Positions 1 to 7,804 of a DNA stretch of 32,000 nucleotides are shown in pieces (the stretch's first letter is position 1; every line of letters begins with the position of its first letter). Origin of the DNA: Edaphobacter aggregans (GTDB lineage: Bacteria > Acidobacteriota > Terriglobia > Terriglobales > Acidobacteriaceae); the NCBI RefSeq assembly GCF_003945235.1, contig NZ_RSDW01000001.1:1380001-1412000 (forward strand), in the 5' to 3' direction. Both the position numbers and the translations under genes were made by a program. The notes below the pieces were generated by a model, which was not told the origin of the DNA, did no database searches, and saw only the letters and a list, made by a program, of their open reading frames with translations.

Positions 1-564
1 CTTTATCCACAGTTCCTCATACAGATGCATCACACAATGCTCGGTGGCCTTGGACTTATGGACTTCGCAGCCTCGCGCGCAAAGGCCATGCCCCACGATC
101 CTGTCGCGCAAATTGTTGCTCCATATCTCACTAGGCACCTTACTGAAGAGCAGGACCACATAGAATGGGTTCTGGCTGATCTTGCCGTGCTCGGGGTGGA
201 TGCCAAGACGGTTCGAGGAACAGCACCAGCAGCCCAAGTGGTCTCGCTCATTGGCGGACAGTATTATTGGATTAATGCCGGTCATCCAGTGGCTTTGTTC
301 GGATATCTCATCTTACTTGAAGGGTTTGCCCCAATCCCCCATCAGTTAGACTCGATAATGGAGCGTACTGGCCTACCCTCTAGTTCCTTCAGTTGCTTGC
401 GTGGTCATGCCGAGGACGATCCATCTCATCTCGCCGACCTGAATCATATTTTAGATAGTATGCCACTGACTGCAGAGCAAACTAAGCGAGTAGGATTGAG
501 CATGTTCAACACCGTCGATACCGTGTCTTCATTGTTAGACGATTTGTCCACACAGGCTAGCTAG
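1..564 (+). CDS. Heme-oxygenase-like / iron-containing redox enzyme family protein, C-terminal part (5' end probably outside window)
   Basis: ORF 25..564. The same frame is open back to nt 1 (LYPQFLIQ precedes the first Met), so the gene is likely truncated by the window edge. Helical-looking sequence with His/Glu-rich motifs (HLTEEQDHIEW, GHAEDDPSH) in the style of heme-oxygenase-like di-iron proteins. The family call is from motif recollection only. Confidence 0.4.
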   Translation, partial: LYPQFLIQMHHTMLGGLGLMDFAASRAKAMPHDPVAQIVAPYLTRHLTEEQDHIEWVLADLAVLGVDAKTVRGTAPAAQVVSLIGGQYYWINAGHPVALFGYLILLEGFAPIPHQLDSIMERTGLPSSSFSCLRGHAEDDPSHLADLNHILDSMPLTAEQTKRVGLSMFNTVDTVSSLLDDLSTQAS

Positions 565-609
565 TTTGGCAACCCCACCAGATCCGGTCGTGCCCTAATC
601 TAAATTGAA

Positions 610-655
610 AGCCCACCGCCTCTGACTAAGAGAACGGTGGGCTCTATTGCTTTCT
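610..655 (+). terminator. Putative rho-independent terminator of the first gene
   Basis: Hairpin AGCCCACCG (610-618) / CGGTGGGCT (635-643), with an inner 4-bp extension CTCT (620-623) / AGAG (629-632) and a 5-nt loop. It is followed by the T-rich tail CTATTGCTTTCT and lies 46 nt after the stop at 564. Confidence 0.4.
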
Positions 656-1035
656 GCCTGTCGTGAGCAAAATGAAGGTAGAAGGCTGTACAGAAAATAT
701 CTGCCTGTCCATCGCCACCGATGTAACTGTCCCGGTTGTGCCGTTGATTGTCAGCAGCGTCGGATATCCAAAAGGAGCGGATCATCCATCTGCCCCATTC
801 TGTCAACAGAGCAGAACCCCACGAAGGACATGTCTGAGATTTCTACGGCAGTACGATCAAACTTTGTCGAATCGACTAAGCACACGGCCGAGCTAGAGGT
901 GGGAAATGATCGAAAGAAGAGGACAATCAAACAAACCCTTGATACCATAGGGGTCCAATATTGTGATCGTTGGATAAAAAGCCGACGAGGCTCACTCCGA
1001 TCACGCAGCTTTCAAATTATTCATTATTGCTTTAC

Positions 1036-1124
1036 TGGTGCCCGGAGGGGGACTTGAACCCCCACGACCGGTTAAGGTCTGCGGATTTTAAGTCCGCTGT
1101 GTCTGCCGATTTCACCATCCGGGC
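1036..1124 (-). tRNA. tRNA-Leu (anticodon UAA), class II with long variable arm, CCA encoded
   Basis: Reverse complement reads GCCCGGA-TG-GTG-AAATCGGCAGA-CAC-A-GCGGA-CTTAAAA-TCCGC-AGACCTTAACCGGTCGT-GGGGG-TTCAAGT-CCCCC-TCCGGGC-A-CCA. This gives a 7-bp acceptor stem, a 5-bp anticodon stem with loop CT-TAA-AA, a GACC/GGTC variable-arm stem and a canonical T-arm GGGGG/TTCAAGT/CCCCC. Confidence 0.95.
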
Positions 1125-1248
1125 ATGCGAGAGGCAAGAGAACTCGCTACCTCATCTTATTGCATGCCACGCCTCTTCTCCCAAAGGAACCTTCTCCGTC
1201 CATGCTACGTATAGAAACACACTGCTCCTGATCAGCGGTCATGACTTT

Positions 1249-2505
1249 ATGCCTATACGGGAAATCTTGAAACAGACTCTATCAGCGCTTTGGGAGTCGA
1301 AGCTTCGCAGCTTTCTGACGATGTTCGGCATTGTCTGGGGCATTACGTCGGTAATCCTGCTGGTAGGGCTGGGCATCGGATTCAGCGTTGACCAAAAGGA
1401 GCACCTAAAGACTATAGGCACAGATATCGCCATTATCTTCGGAGGAAAAACCGGTGCGCAGGCCGGCGGTTATGCTGCCGGTCGCGATATTCGCCTGACG
1501 ATCGGTGACGCCATTGCGATCCAGCAGCAGGCTAATCTGGTAAAGACGGTAAGCCCGGAGCTGCGCCGAAGCGTATCCGAAGTCAGCCAGTGGAACGCCG
1601 CCAGTCGCCCGGTGCGTGGTGTGTGGCCCGAGTATCAGCGGTTTCGCTCGCTGACGGTGGAGCAGGGACGCCTGATGAACGAGCAGGACGAGGCCAACGG
1701 CGAGCGCGTGATTCTGCTCGGTGCCGAGGCCAACCGCCAGCTCTTTCCAGGCAAACCGGTCATCGGGCAACCCCTGATGGTCAACGGCTACCAGTACACA
1801 GTCATTGGAGTGCTCGCCAAGAAGAAGCAAAACGGCAGCTACGGCAGCGGCCCGGACAACACACAGCTTTTTACGACGTATTCTGCGATGGCACGTGACT
1901 TCCCTCCCCCTGAGCAGCCGGGAATCATTCGTGGCTTCGTGAACAATATCGTTGTTGAGCCGGTTTCACCAGAGCTGCATGAAAAGGCTCTGGACCAAGT
2001 CAAGCGAATCATCGCCGAGCGCCACCACTATAGCGCCGACGACAAGGAAGCCCTCTGGATATGGGACACCCTCGATGGAGCCAAGTTCACTGAACGTATC
2101 TTCGGCGTCATGACGATGTTCTTTGGGGCGGTTGCCTTACTTACCCTGGCGTTGGGCGGCATCGGCGTAATGAACATCATGCTGGTCGCTGTGACAGAAC
2201 GGACGCGAGAGATCGGCGTGCGCAAGGCCCTCGGCGCGACAGCCGTGGACATTCGGCGGCAGTTCCTGGTCGAGTCGGGGATTATAACCATCGTCAGTGG
2301 GATCGGTGGCCTGATCCTTGGAGTTGGCACCTGCCTGCTGATGCGACTTATTCCGCTCCCCGACTTCGTTCCTCATCCTGTGATCTCGCCCGTCGCGATC
2401 ATCGCGTCTCTGGCCACCCTTACCGTCATCACACTCTTCGCTGGAACCTATCCCGCGCTACGAGCTGCCAACCTCAGCCCCATGGAATGCCTGCGAACGG
2501 AATAG
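1249..2505 (+). CDS. ABC transporter permease, MacB/FtsX family (permease-only, 418 aa)
   Basis: Start moved from 970 to ATG 1249, because the upstream part of the ORF overlaps the tRNA and the 1249 N-terminus (MPIREILKQTLSALWESKLRSFLTMFGIVWG) aligns residue-for-residue with the downstream paralog. Layout is an N-terminal TM, a large extracytoplasmic domain, then a C-terminal FtsX module with GGIGVMNIMLVAVTERTREIGVRKALGA. Confidence 0.9.
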   Translation: MPIREILKQTLSALWESKLRSFLTMFGIVWGITSVILLVGLGIGFSVDQKEHLKTIGTDIAIIFGGKTGAQAGGYAAGRDIRLTIGDAIAIQQQANLVKTVSPELRRSVSEVSQWNAASRPVRGVWPEYQRFRSLTVEQGRLMNEQDEANGERVILLGAEANRQLFPGKPVIGQPLMVNGYQYTVIGVLAKKKQNGSYGSGPDNTQLFTTYSAMARDFPPPEQPGIIRGFVNNIVVEPVSPELHEKALDQVKRIIAERHHYSADDKEALWIWDTLDGAKFTERIFGVMTMFFGAVALLTLALGGIGVMNIMLVAVTERTREIGVRKALGATAVDIRRQFLVESGIITIVSGIGGLILGVGTCLLMRLIPLPDFVPHPVISPVAIIASLATLTVITLFAGTYPALRAANLSPMECLRTE

Positions 2506-2508
2506 ACC

Positions 2509-3765
2509 ATGAACCTACTTGAAATAGTTCGCCAAAGCATCGACTCTTTGCTGAGAAACCGCCTGCGCTCCGGCCTGACGATGCTTGGAATCGTATGGGG
2601 GCTGGTAACGGTGGTGTTGCTCCTCAGCTATGGACGTAGCGTCGGGGTCGAAGTGCTGAATGGTTTCATGGGGCTCGGCAACAACGTCATCATGATGTGG
2701 GGCGGCCAGACCAGCATGCAGGCAGGCGGTGAGCGCTCGGGCAAAAAGATCAAATTCCTGGATGGTGATACCGAGGCGGTTCGCGACGCAGTTCCCTTCC
2801 TCACAGCGGTGAGCGCTGAAAGCGACGACGGCTTCAGCTTTAAGTATGGCTCCAAAGTGGTCAACATCTCGACCAAAGCAGTGGAGTTCCCGTACGGCGG
2901 AATGCGCAAATTGAACATCGACGAAGGACGCTACTTTGAGCCGGCAGACTTTACAGAACACCGACAGGTCGTCATCTTCGGCCCGCACGCGGCGCAAAAG
3001 CTCTTCAACGGCTATCCGCCAGTGGGTGAATCCGTCCAGATCGAGGGGCATGTATTCCAGGTAATCGGCGTCCTCCAAACGAAGATCCAGGACTCGTCCA
3101 ATAATGGTCCCGACAACGAAAACGCCTTCGTGCCGTTCGGCACCATGAGAATCCTGCGCGACGAGCGCGACCCCGGAAGCATCGTCTTCCAGCCCAGTTC
3201 CCCCGACCTGCACATTAAAGCGCTGCAGGCAGTACGAGCTGTTCTAGCCAGCCGCCATCACTTTGACCCAAAGGATGACAAGGCGACTCCGACCTGGGAC
3301 ACCGTCGAAGATTCGCAGGAGATCATGCAGTTCGGTATCGCCCTACAGACGCTCCTCGGCATCATCGGCGCGATGACGCTGGGTGTAGGGGGGGTGGGCG
3401 TGATGAACATCATGCTGGTGTCCGTCACGGAACGGACGCGTGAGATCGGCCTGTTGAAGGCGCTTGGTGCCCGGCGGCGTGACATCCTTACCCAGTTCCT
3501 GCTTGAAAGCCTGACCCTGACCTTCATCGCGGGCATCGTCGGAATGATCGTAGCGGTAATCGTTGCCTACCTAGTGCCACCGATGCCGCTCTATTCCGAC
3601 ATCTACAAGACGGCGAACAATGAGGGCGATATCATCCTGCGCGCGTCGCCTGGGATCATGCTGGTCTCTTTCGCGATCCTCGCAGCGGTCGGAGTGATCT
3701 CCGGCTTGCTGCCAGCTGTGCGAGCCTCACGCATGGATCCGGTAGTCGCTTTGCGGCATGAGTAA
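2509..3765 (+). CDS. ABC transporter permease, MacB/FtsX family (permease-only, 418 aa), paralog of the upstream gene
   Basis: Starts 3 nt after the upstream stop. N-terminus is MNLLEIVRQSIDSLLRNRLRSGLTMLGIVWG and the FtsX motif is GGVGVMNIMLVSVTERTREIGLLKALGA. Same length and same domain order as the upstream gene. Confidence 0.9.
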   Translation: MNLLEIVRQSIDSLLRNRLRSGLTMLGIVWGLVTVVLLLSYGRSVGVEVLNGFMGLGNNVIMMWGGQTSMQAGGERSGKKIKFLDGDTEAVRDAVPFLTAVSAESDDGFSFKYGSKVVNISTKAVEFPYGGMRKLNIDEGRYFEPADFTEHRQVVIFGPHAAQKLFNGYPPVGESVQIEGHVFQVIGVLQTKIQDSSNNGPDNENAFVPFGTMRILRDERDPGSIVFQPSSPDLHIKALQAVRAVLASRHHFDPKDDKATPTWDTVEDSQEIMQFGIALQTLLGIIGAMTLGVGGVGVMNIMLVSVTERTREIGLLKALGARRRDILTQFLLESLTLTFIAGIVGMIVAVIVAYLVPPMPLYSDIYKTANNEGDIILRASPGIMLVSFAILAAVGVISGLLPAVRASRMDPVVALRHE

Positions 3766-3780
3766 GCACCCCATCCCCGG

Positions 3781-3801
3781 ATACTTTAGGTCCTAAAGTA
3801 T
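3781..3801. repeat. Perfect 21-bp palindrome ATACTTTAGG-T-CCTAAAGTAT
   Basis: Checked base by base: 10+1+10 inverted repeat, 16 nt after the permease stop. The core TTTAGGTC (3785-3792) recurs as a direct copy at 3815-3822. Confidence 0.8.
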
Positions 3802-3870
3802 TAGAAGTAGGCGATTTAGGTCTGGACTTCTGTCGCCCGGTATCAGATTTTCAGCTGCCGGTTAAATTTC

Positions 3871-3903
3871 GAGAGCCCCGACTCTGCCGGGGCTCTCTTT
3901 GTC
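3871..3903 (+). terminator. Rho-independent terminator of the permease pair
   Basis: 10-bp GC-rich stem GAGAGCCCCG (3871-3880) / CGGGGCTCTC (3888-3897) with a 7-nt loop ACTCTGC, followed by TTTGTCTCTGTTT. Confidence 0.8.
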
Positions 3904-3987
3904 TCTGTTTCTATTATAGCGGTTGAATGGTAATTAATATGCCACGGGGATGTTGTTTTATTACAACGAGTTAGGTGGAAACTGGAC

Positions 3988-4015
3988 TTGACAGGGTATT
4001 TTCGATGCGTATACC
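3988..4015 (+). promoter_or_regulatory. Sigma70-like promoter motif (TTGACA-N16-TATACC) pointing antisense into the small ORF
   Basis: TTGACA at 3988-3993 and TATACC at 4010-4015. There is no plus-strand gene downstream until 7175, so any transcript would be antisense to 4082..4345. Confidence 0.25.
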
Positions 4016-4081
4016 CATAACCCCAAGCAGGGCATGGGACACCTGACGGGTTTTAGCGGGCTCCATACGAATCGAAGACTC

Positions 4082-4345
4082 TCAATTAGGCTGGCGATAG
4101 CGGATGGATTCAGAGCTAAGGTAGTACTCCGCCGAGCAAGTCTCCGAACCGCAAATCATGGCCTCCAACCCAGCGCACTGCTGGCGAGTGATCAAACCAA
4201 GCGACCCGCAGGCCGGACATGCCAGCACAGCCCAGTAGGGGTTCTCCGCCTTGCCCAGTTCCCCTGCCTGCTCCAACAGGAACAACGTGCCCGGCTGCAT
4301 CTGCTCCGGGATCCATACTTCTAGAAAATTCAGTTCCGCTGTCAT
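4082..4345 (-). CDS. Small Cys-rich hypothetical protein (87 aa), possible zinc-ribbon
   Basis: ATG preceded by AAGAGGA with about 5-nt spacing (minus strand: GACGAAGAGGACAGC-ATG). G/C dominates third codon positions, as in the neighbouring genes. Contains a CPACG knuckle plus C57 and CGSETC (C43, C46, C57, C65, C70). No family recognised. Confidence 0.5.
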   Translation of the reverse strand: MTAELNFLEVWIPEQMQPGTLFLLEQAGELGKAENPYWAVLACPACGSLGLITRQQCAGLEAMICGSETCSAEYYLSSESIRYRQPN

Positions 4346-4469
4346 GCTGTCCTCTTCGTCTCACGGTTGTCCATCGTTCGTGACTCACGCGCGTTGCGCC
4401 ACATCGTGCTAGTACGGCTGCTGAAGAGTCCTCCTTGCGGTCTGTCTGACTGCACCACTTATGGTGCAA

Positions 4470-4497
4470 AGGATAACGGATATTCCGCCGCTGTCAA
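4470..4497 (-). promoter_or_regulatory. Sigma70-like promoter motif (TTGACA-N16-TATCCT) upstream of the small Cys-rich ORF
   Basis: On the minus strand, TTGACA is the complement of 4492-4497 and TATCCT is the complement of 4470-4475. A 7-bp hairpin TGCACCA/TGGTGCA (4451-4468) lies just downstream in the putative 5' UTR. Confidence 0.25.
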
Positions 4498-4536
4498 TTG
4501 TGCATTTCAGGAAGATTCCTGGTTGATTCCTCCCAA

Positions 4537-6903
4537 TCAGTGGGATGGGTAAAGAGCCTTATACATCAGGCGGTTGCGCATGATGGCCTGCACATACTCG
4601 CGGGTCTCGGTATAGGGAATGGACTCGACGAACTCCGCAATATCCTTGTAGTCTCCACTGGACATCCACTGCCGAACCGGAACATCCCCCGCGTTATAGG
4701 CGGCGAGCGCATACTCCTGCTGGCCGCCATACCGATCGATCACCTGGCGAAGATTGACCGTTCCCAGCTGCAAGTTCGTGGCCGGGTTGAGCAGCTGAGG
4801 CGTCTTGAACCCCTTCATCCCCTGCTTCTTAGCAATCGATTTCCCCACCGAAGGCAGAAGCTGCATCAGCCCGTAAGCATTAGCGCGGCTGACCGCTCCT
4901 GGGTTGAACTCCGACTCCTGCCTAATGAGCGAAGCAACAAGGAAGGGATCGAGCCCATTCTTATCCGCATTACTAACAATATCCCCCCAGTACGGCTTCG
5001 GAAACAGCAGCGTCCAGTAGACATTAGGGACCTGATCCATGGGCAGAGCAAAAAACGAAATCCCACTGTGCTTCATTGACTGCAGCGCACGCGGATACTC
5101 CCCATACGAAGCGTAGATCTCGGACTGACCGAGCGCACCCCATTCGGACGATGTCTCACTGGCCTGAATCTCAGGGCCGATGTATTCATTGAGCGCAGCA
5201 TTGGCCAGCAGGCGCGCCTTGATCAGGTGAGGCTCGTTCTCTGGAAGCTCGCCACTAAGCTCAGGGACGACCGGCTTGCGCACAAAACTAAGGGTCGCAG
5301 CCGGAGCCACTGCAGGCTGCGCTTTGAGTACAGCAAGCCGCGTGCGTGCCAACTCCGCGTAGTAGTAGTTGTTGTAAGTCGAGGCGAGCGTTCGGTAGTA
5401 GTTCGCAGCCTGCCCGAGGTCATGCTCCTCGTCCTCATACATCCGGGCGCGCCAATACAGCGCCGACGGAGTCTCGATCCCCGCCGGATATCCGCGAATC
5501 TGCTCATCCATCAGCCGAGCAGCCTCGACGTAATTCCGTATCCGATAGTTCATCCAAGCCGCACGCCAATGCGCCGATGCAGCATATGTGCTGCTCGGAA
5601 ACATCTGCACCAGCAGCGAGTAGTGGTACGTAGCCTGCTTGGCGTCATGCTTGATTAAGTACATGTTGCCGCCGGAGTACAGTGCCTCCTCCAGCCACCG
5701 GCTCGTTGGAAACCGCTTGACCATATCGTTGATGATCGCGTCGTGCCCAGCCTCGTCGTTCTCGTTCCGCGAGATCTCAGCCAGCATGTACAACTTCAAC
5801 GCAGCACTGTCGTCTGCAGTGTCTGGCAAGCGCTCGACGTCACGGCGACTGATGCGCTTCATCTTCATATCGCAGACGGCAGCATAGATAAGCAGGGCGT
5901 CGTGGTCGGCAGGGCTAAGGCCATTCCCCTCTCGCTGGATAGCGTGATACTCATCACCAGCCTCGGCATATCGCTTCGCATTGAAGAGCTGGTCTGCATG
6001 TGCCTTGCGTTCTGCAGAGGTAAGCGGCACACTCATAGCCTGAAGCTGCGCCCGAGCCTGTCCAGCCTCAAAGGTCAGCGGCTGCGTCACGTAGATACTG
6101 CGGTAGATCGGCGCAGCGTGGCCGGTATCTCCCGCAAGCTGATACGCCCGGCCAAGCGTGTAGCGAAAGTCAGAATGCGCAGCCTGTGGCGTATCGGCAA
6201 GCGGCTGAAGCACTCGCAGTGCTCCCTGAGGATTGTTCTGCTGAATATAAGCATTGGCAAGCAGAATCGGCGCATTCGCCACAAAGATGCTGTCAGGATG
6301 CCGCTCAGCAAAGCGATCCAGCAGAGCATAAGCATCCGCACCATGTCCGGCCTGCAGCGCAGCCTGAGCCCCAAGATAGTCAGCATAATCATCAAGAGCC
6401 TCGCCGCTGCCCGCCGCCAACCGATAGGTACTGGCCGCCTCCGCATAACGATGATCCAGCATGTAGGCATGCCCCAAAGCAAGATACGCCGCAGCGGCAG
6501 CCTCACCCGAGTGTGAGTGAGCATAGTTTTGGACGCCACTGTAGGCCGCCGCAGACCGCGTCGAAGTAAGCTGCTGCGCCATCGGACGAAGCTGCTCAGA
6601 GGCATGAAACGCACTGGTCAGCTTAATCGTCCGCGCCGTAGGCTTGGCGGCCGGATGCTTCTTATTGCTCCTGTTCTTGCTGGACACTGTGGATTTACTA
6701 GTAGAGGACTTGCTTCCCGTCTTCGAAGAATTTTTCGAGGAAGCGGTCGATTTCGATTTGGTCGCTGGTTTCTTTGTCGTCGCAGCCGAAGTCGCCGGCT
6801 TCGAGGACTGGGCCACAGCGCCGCCCGGTATCGTAACCGCCAGCAGAGAACCAACCACAACTGCAAATCGAACCTTCGACCAACTCCCCACTCTTGTCCT
6901 CAC
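4537..6903 (-). CDS. Soluble lytic murein transglycosylase (Slt70-like): signal peptide, Lys/Ser-rich linker, TPR-like helical repeats, C-terminal SLT domain
   Basis: The C-terminal SLT catalytic motif is LIRQESEFNPGAVSRANAYGLMQLLP. The long helical region is rich in A/Y/L repeats. N-terminal signal ends ...GGAVAQS. GTG start at 6903; an alternative GTG at 6891 has a better-spaced GAGGA. Confidence 0.9.
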   Translation of the reverse strand: MRTRVGSWSKVRFAVVVGSLLAVTIPGGAVAQSSKPATSAATTKKPATKSKSTASSKNSSKTGSKSSTSKSTVSSKNRSNKKHPAAKPTARTIKLTSAFHASEQLRPMAQQLTSTRSAAAYSGVQNYAHSHSGEAAAAAYLALGHAYMLDHRYAEAASTYRLAAGSGEALDDYADYLGAQAALQAGHGADAYALLDRFAERHPDSIFVANAPILLANAYIQQNNPQGALRVLQPLADTPQAAHSDFRYTLGRAYQLAGDTGHAAPIYRSIYVTQPLTFEAGQARAQLQAMSVPLTSAERKAHADQLFNAKRYAEAGDEYHAIQREGNGLSPADHDALLIYAAVCDMKMKRISRRDVERLPDTADDSAALKLYMLAEISRNENDEAGHDAIINDMVKRFPTSRWLEEALYSGGNMYLIKHDAKQATYHYSLLVQMFPSSTYAASAHWRAAWMNYRIRNYVEAARLMDEQIRGYPAGIETPSALYWRARMYEDEEHDLGQAANYYRTLASTYNNYYYAELARTRLAVLKAQPAVAPAATLSFVRKPVVPELSGELPENEPHLIKARLLANAALNEYIGPEIQASETSSEWGALGQSEIYASYGEYPRALQSMKHSGISFFALPMDQVPNVYWTLLFPKPYWGDIVSNADKNGLDPFLVASLIRQESEFNPGAVSRANAYGLMQLLPSVGKSIAKKQGMKGFKTPQLLNPATNLQLGTVNLRQVIDRYGGQQEYALAAYNAGDVPVRQWMSSGDYKDIAEFVESIPYTETREYVQAIMRNRLMYKALYPSH

Positions 6904-7174
6904 TTCGTAAAGCCTGTATCTCCACTGTAAGCCGCAAGCCCGTGTGGCGGTGACGGATGCGCCCTAGTGGAATCACAGCAGGTACGCTGGCGCAATGGAA
7001 CTCCGGCTGGTTATTTGACTCCTCACGATCACGAGTCGTTTTGTTATCAGCTAAGTCCGCCAGAAATCGACACCCCTTTGCTCTTGCCCCGCGCGGCATT
7101 TACTATGTTGAGAGTGCTGCTGCTTCCTTATTTGAGTCGGAAGCGCTCAGCCCGATTTACGCACCCTTTTGCTC

Positions 7175-7804
7175 ATGCCCGCCATCCAATCTCCAGGAAC
7201 GGAAGAGATACACCCCGACGTAGCGCTTGTAGCTCGCGCAAAAGAGGGGGACGCAGCTGCTTTCGAACAGCTCGTGCGGCAGTACGAACGCCAGATCTTC
7301 CGTGTAGCGCAGCATATTACGCAAAACCGTGAAGACGCCGAAGACATCACGCAGGATGCATTTCTCAAGGCTTACGAGAAGCTCGACCAGTTCCAGGGCA
7401 ACTCTAAGTTCTCGACCTGGCTGGTCCGCATCGCCGTCAATGAGAGCCTCATGCGTCTGCGCAAGCGCAAGACCAGCAAGACCGTTTCCATGGACGAGAA
7501 CGTCCAGACCGATGAGGGATCTATCCCCCGCGATTTTGCTGAATGGCGGCCAAATCCCGAGCAGATCTACGGACAGAACGAGCTCGGCGACATCCTGCGC
7601 AAGACCATCCAGGGCCTTCCGGCTGGATTCCGCACCGTCTTTACCTTGCGGGACATTGAAAATCTCTCCACGGAAGAGACTGCAGAGGCACTCGGCTTGA
7701 GCGTCCCCGCGGTCAAATCAAGATTGCTGCGCGCTAGGCTACAATTGCGCGAGCGTCTCAGCAGATACTTCCGGCAGAACAAGAAGGAGGGTCAGCCCGC
7801 ATGA
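7175..7804 (+). CDS. ECF-type RNA polymerase sigma-70 family factor
   Basis: Region 2 is DITQDAFLKAYEKLDQFQGNSKFSTWLVRIAVNESLMRLRKRK. Region 4 HTH is ENLSTEETAEALGLSVPAVKSRLLRARLQLRE. ATG 7175 is preferred over the TTG at 7169; the start is uncertain because there is no clear SD. Confidence 0.9.
   Translation: MPAIQSPGTEEIHPDVALVARAKEGDAAAFEQLVRQYERQIFRVAQHITQNREDAEDITQDAFLKAYEKLDQFQGNSKFSTWLVRIAVNESLMRLRKRKTSKTVSMDENVQTDEGSIPRDFAEWRPNPEQIYGQNELGDILRKTIQGLPAGFRTVFTLRDIENLSTEETAEALGLSVPAVKSRLLRARLQLRERLSRYFRQNKKEGQPA

Noticed and set aside
647-1057. ORFs 647..1057, 663..896, 600..806(-) and 751..948(-) in the tRNA flank
   Set aside because: They overlap each other in different frames, are rich in Arg/Cys/Ser, have no well-spaced SD, and one overlaps the tRNA. 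None can be supported as a gene.
970-1248. N-terminal 93 codons of the listed ORF 970..2505
   Set aside because: This stretch runs straight through the minus-strand tRNA-Leu (1036-1124). The downstream paralog aligns exactly from Met-94 (nt 1249), so the extension is spurious.
2515-3213. 232-aa antisense ORF inside the second permease gene
   Set aside because: This is a typical long shadow ORF on the opposite strand of a GC-rich gene. It has no recognisable motifs, and the sense-strand gene is unambiguous.
4034-4324. 96-aa plus-strand ORF antisense to the small Cys-rich ORF
   Set aside because: It has Arg/Leu-rich shadow-frame composition and no SD. The minus-strand ORF has a strong AAGAGGA SD and sensible composition. 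I kept only the possibility of a non-coding antisense transcript.
4498-6516. Plus-strand ORFs 4498..5079, 5227..5658 and 5743..6516 opposite the lytic transglycosylase
   Set aside because: These are Arg-rich antisense shadows of a clearly coding minus-strand gene carrying an SLT catalytic motif.
6997-7040. GGAACT at 6997-7002 as a possible autoregulated ECF -35 element upstream of the sigma gene
   Set aside because: There is no CGT-type -10 element at 16-17 nt spacing, and the site is about 170 nt from the start codon. That is insufficient to call.
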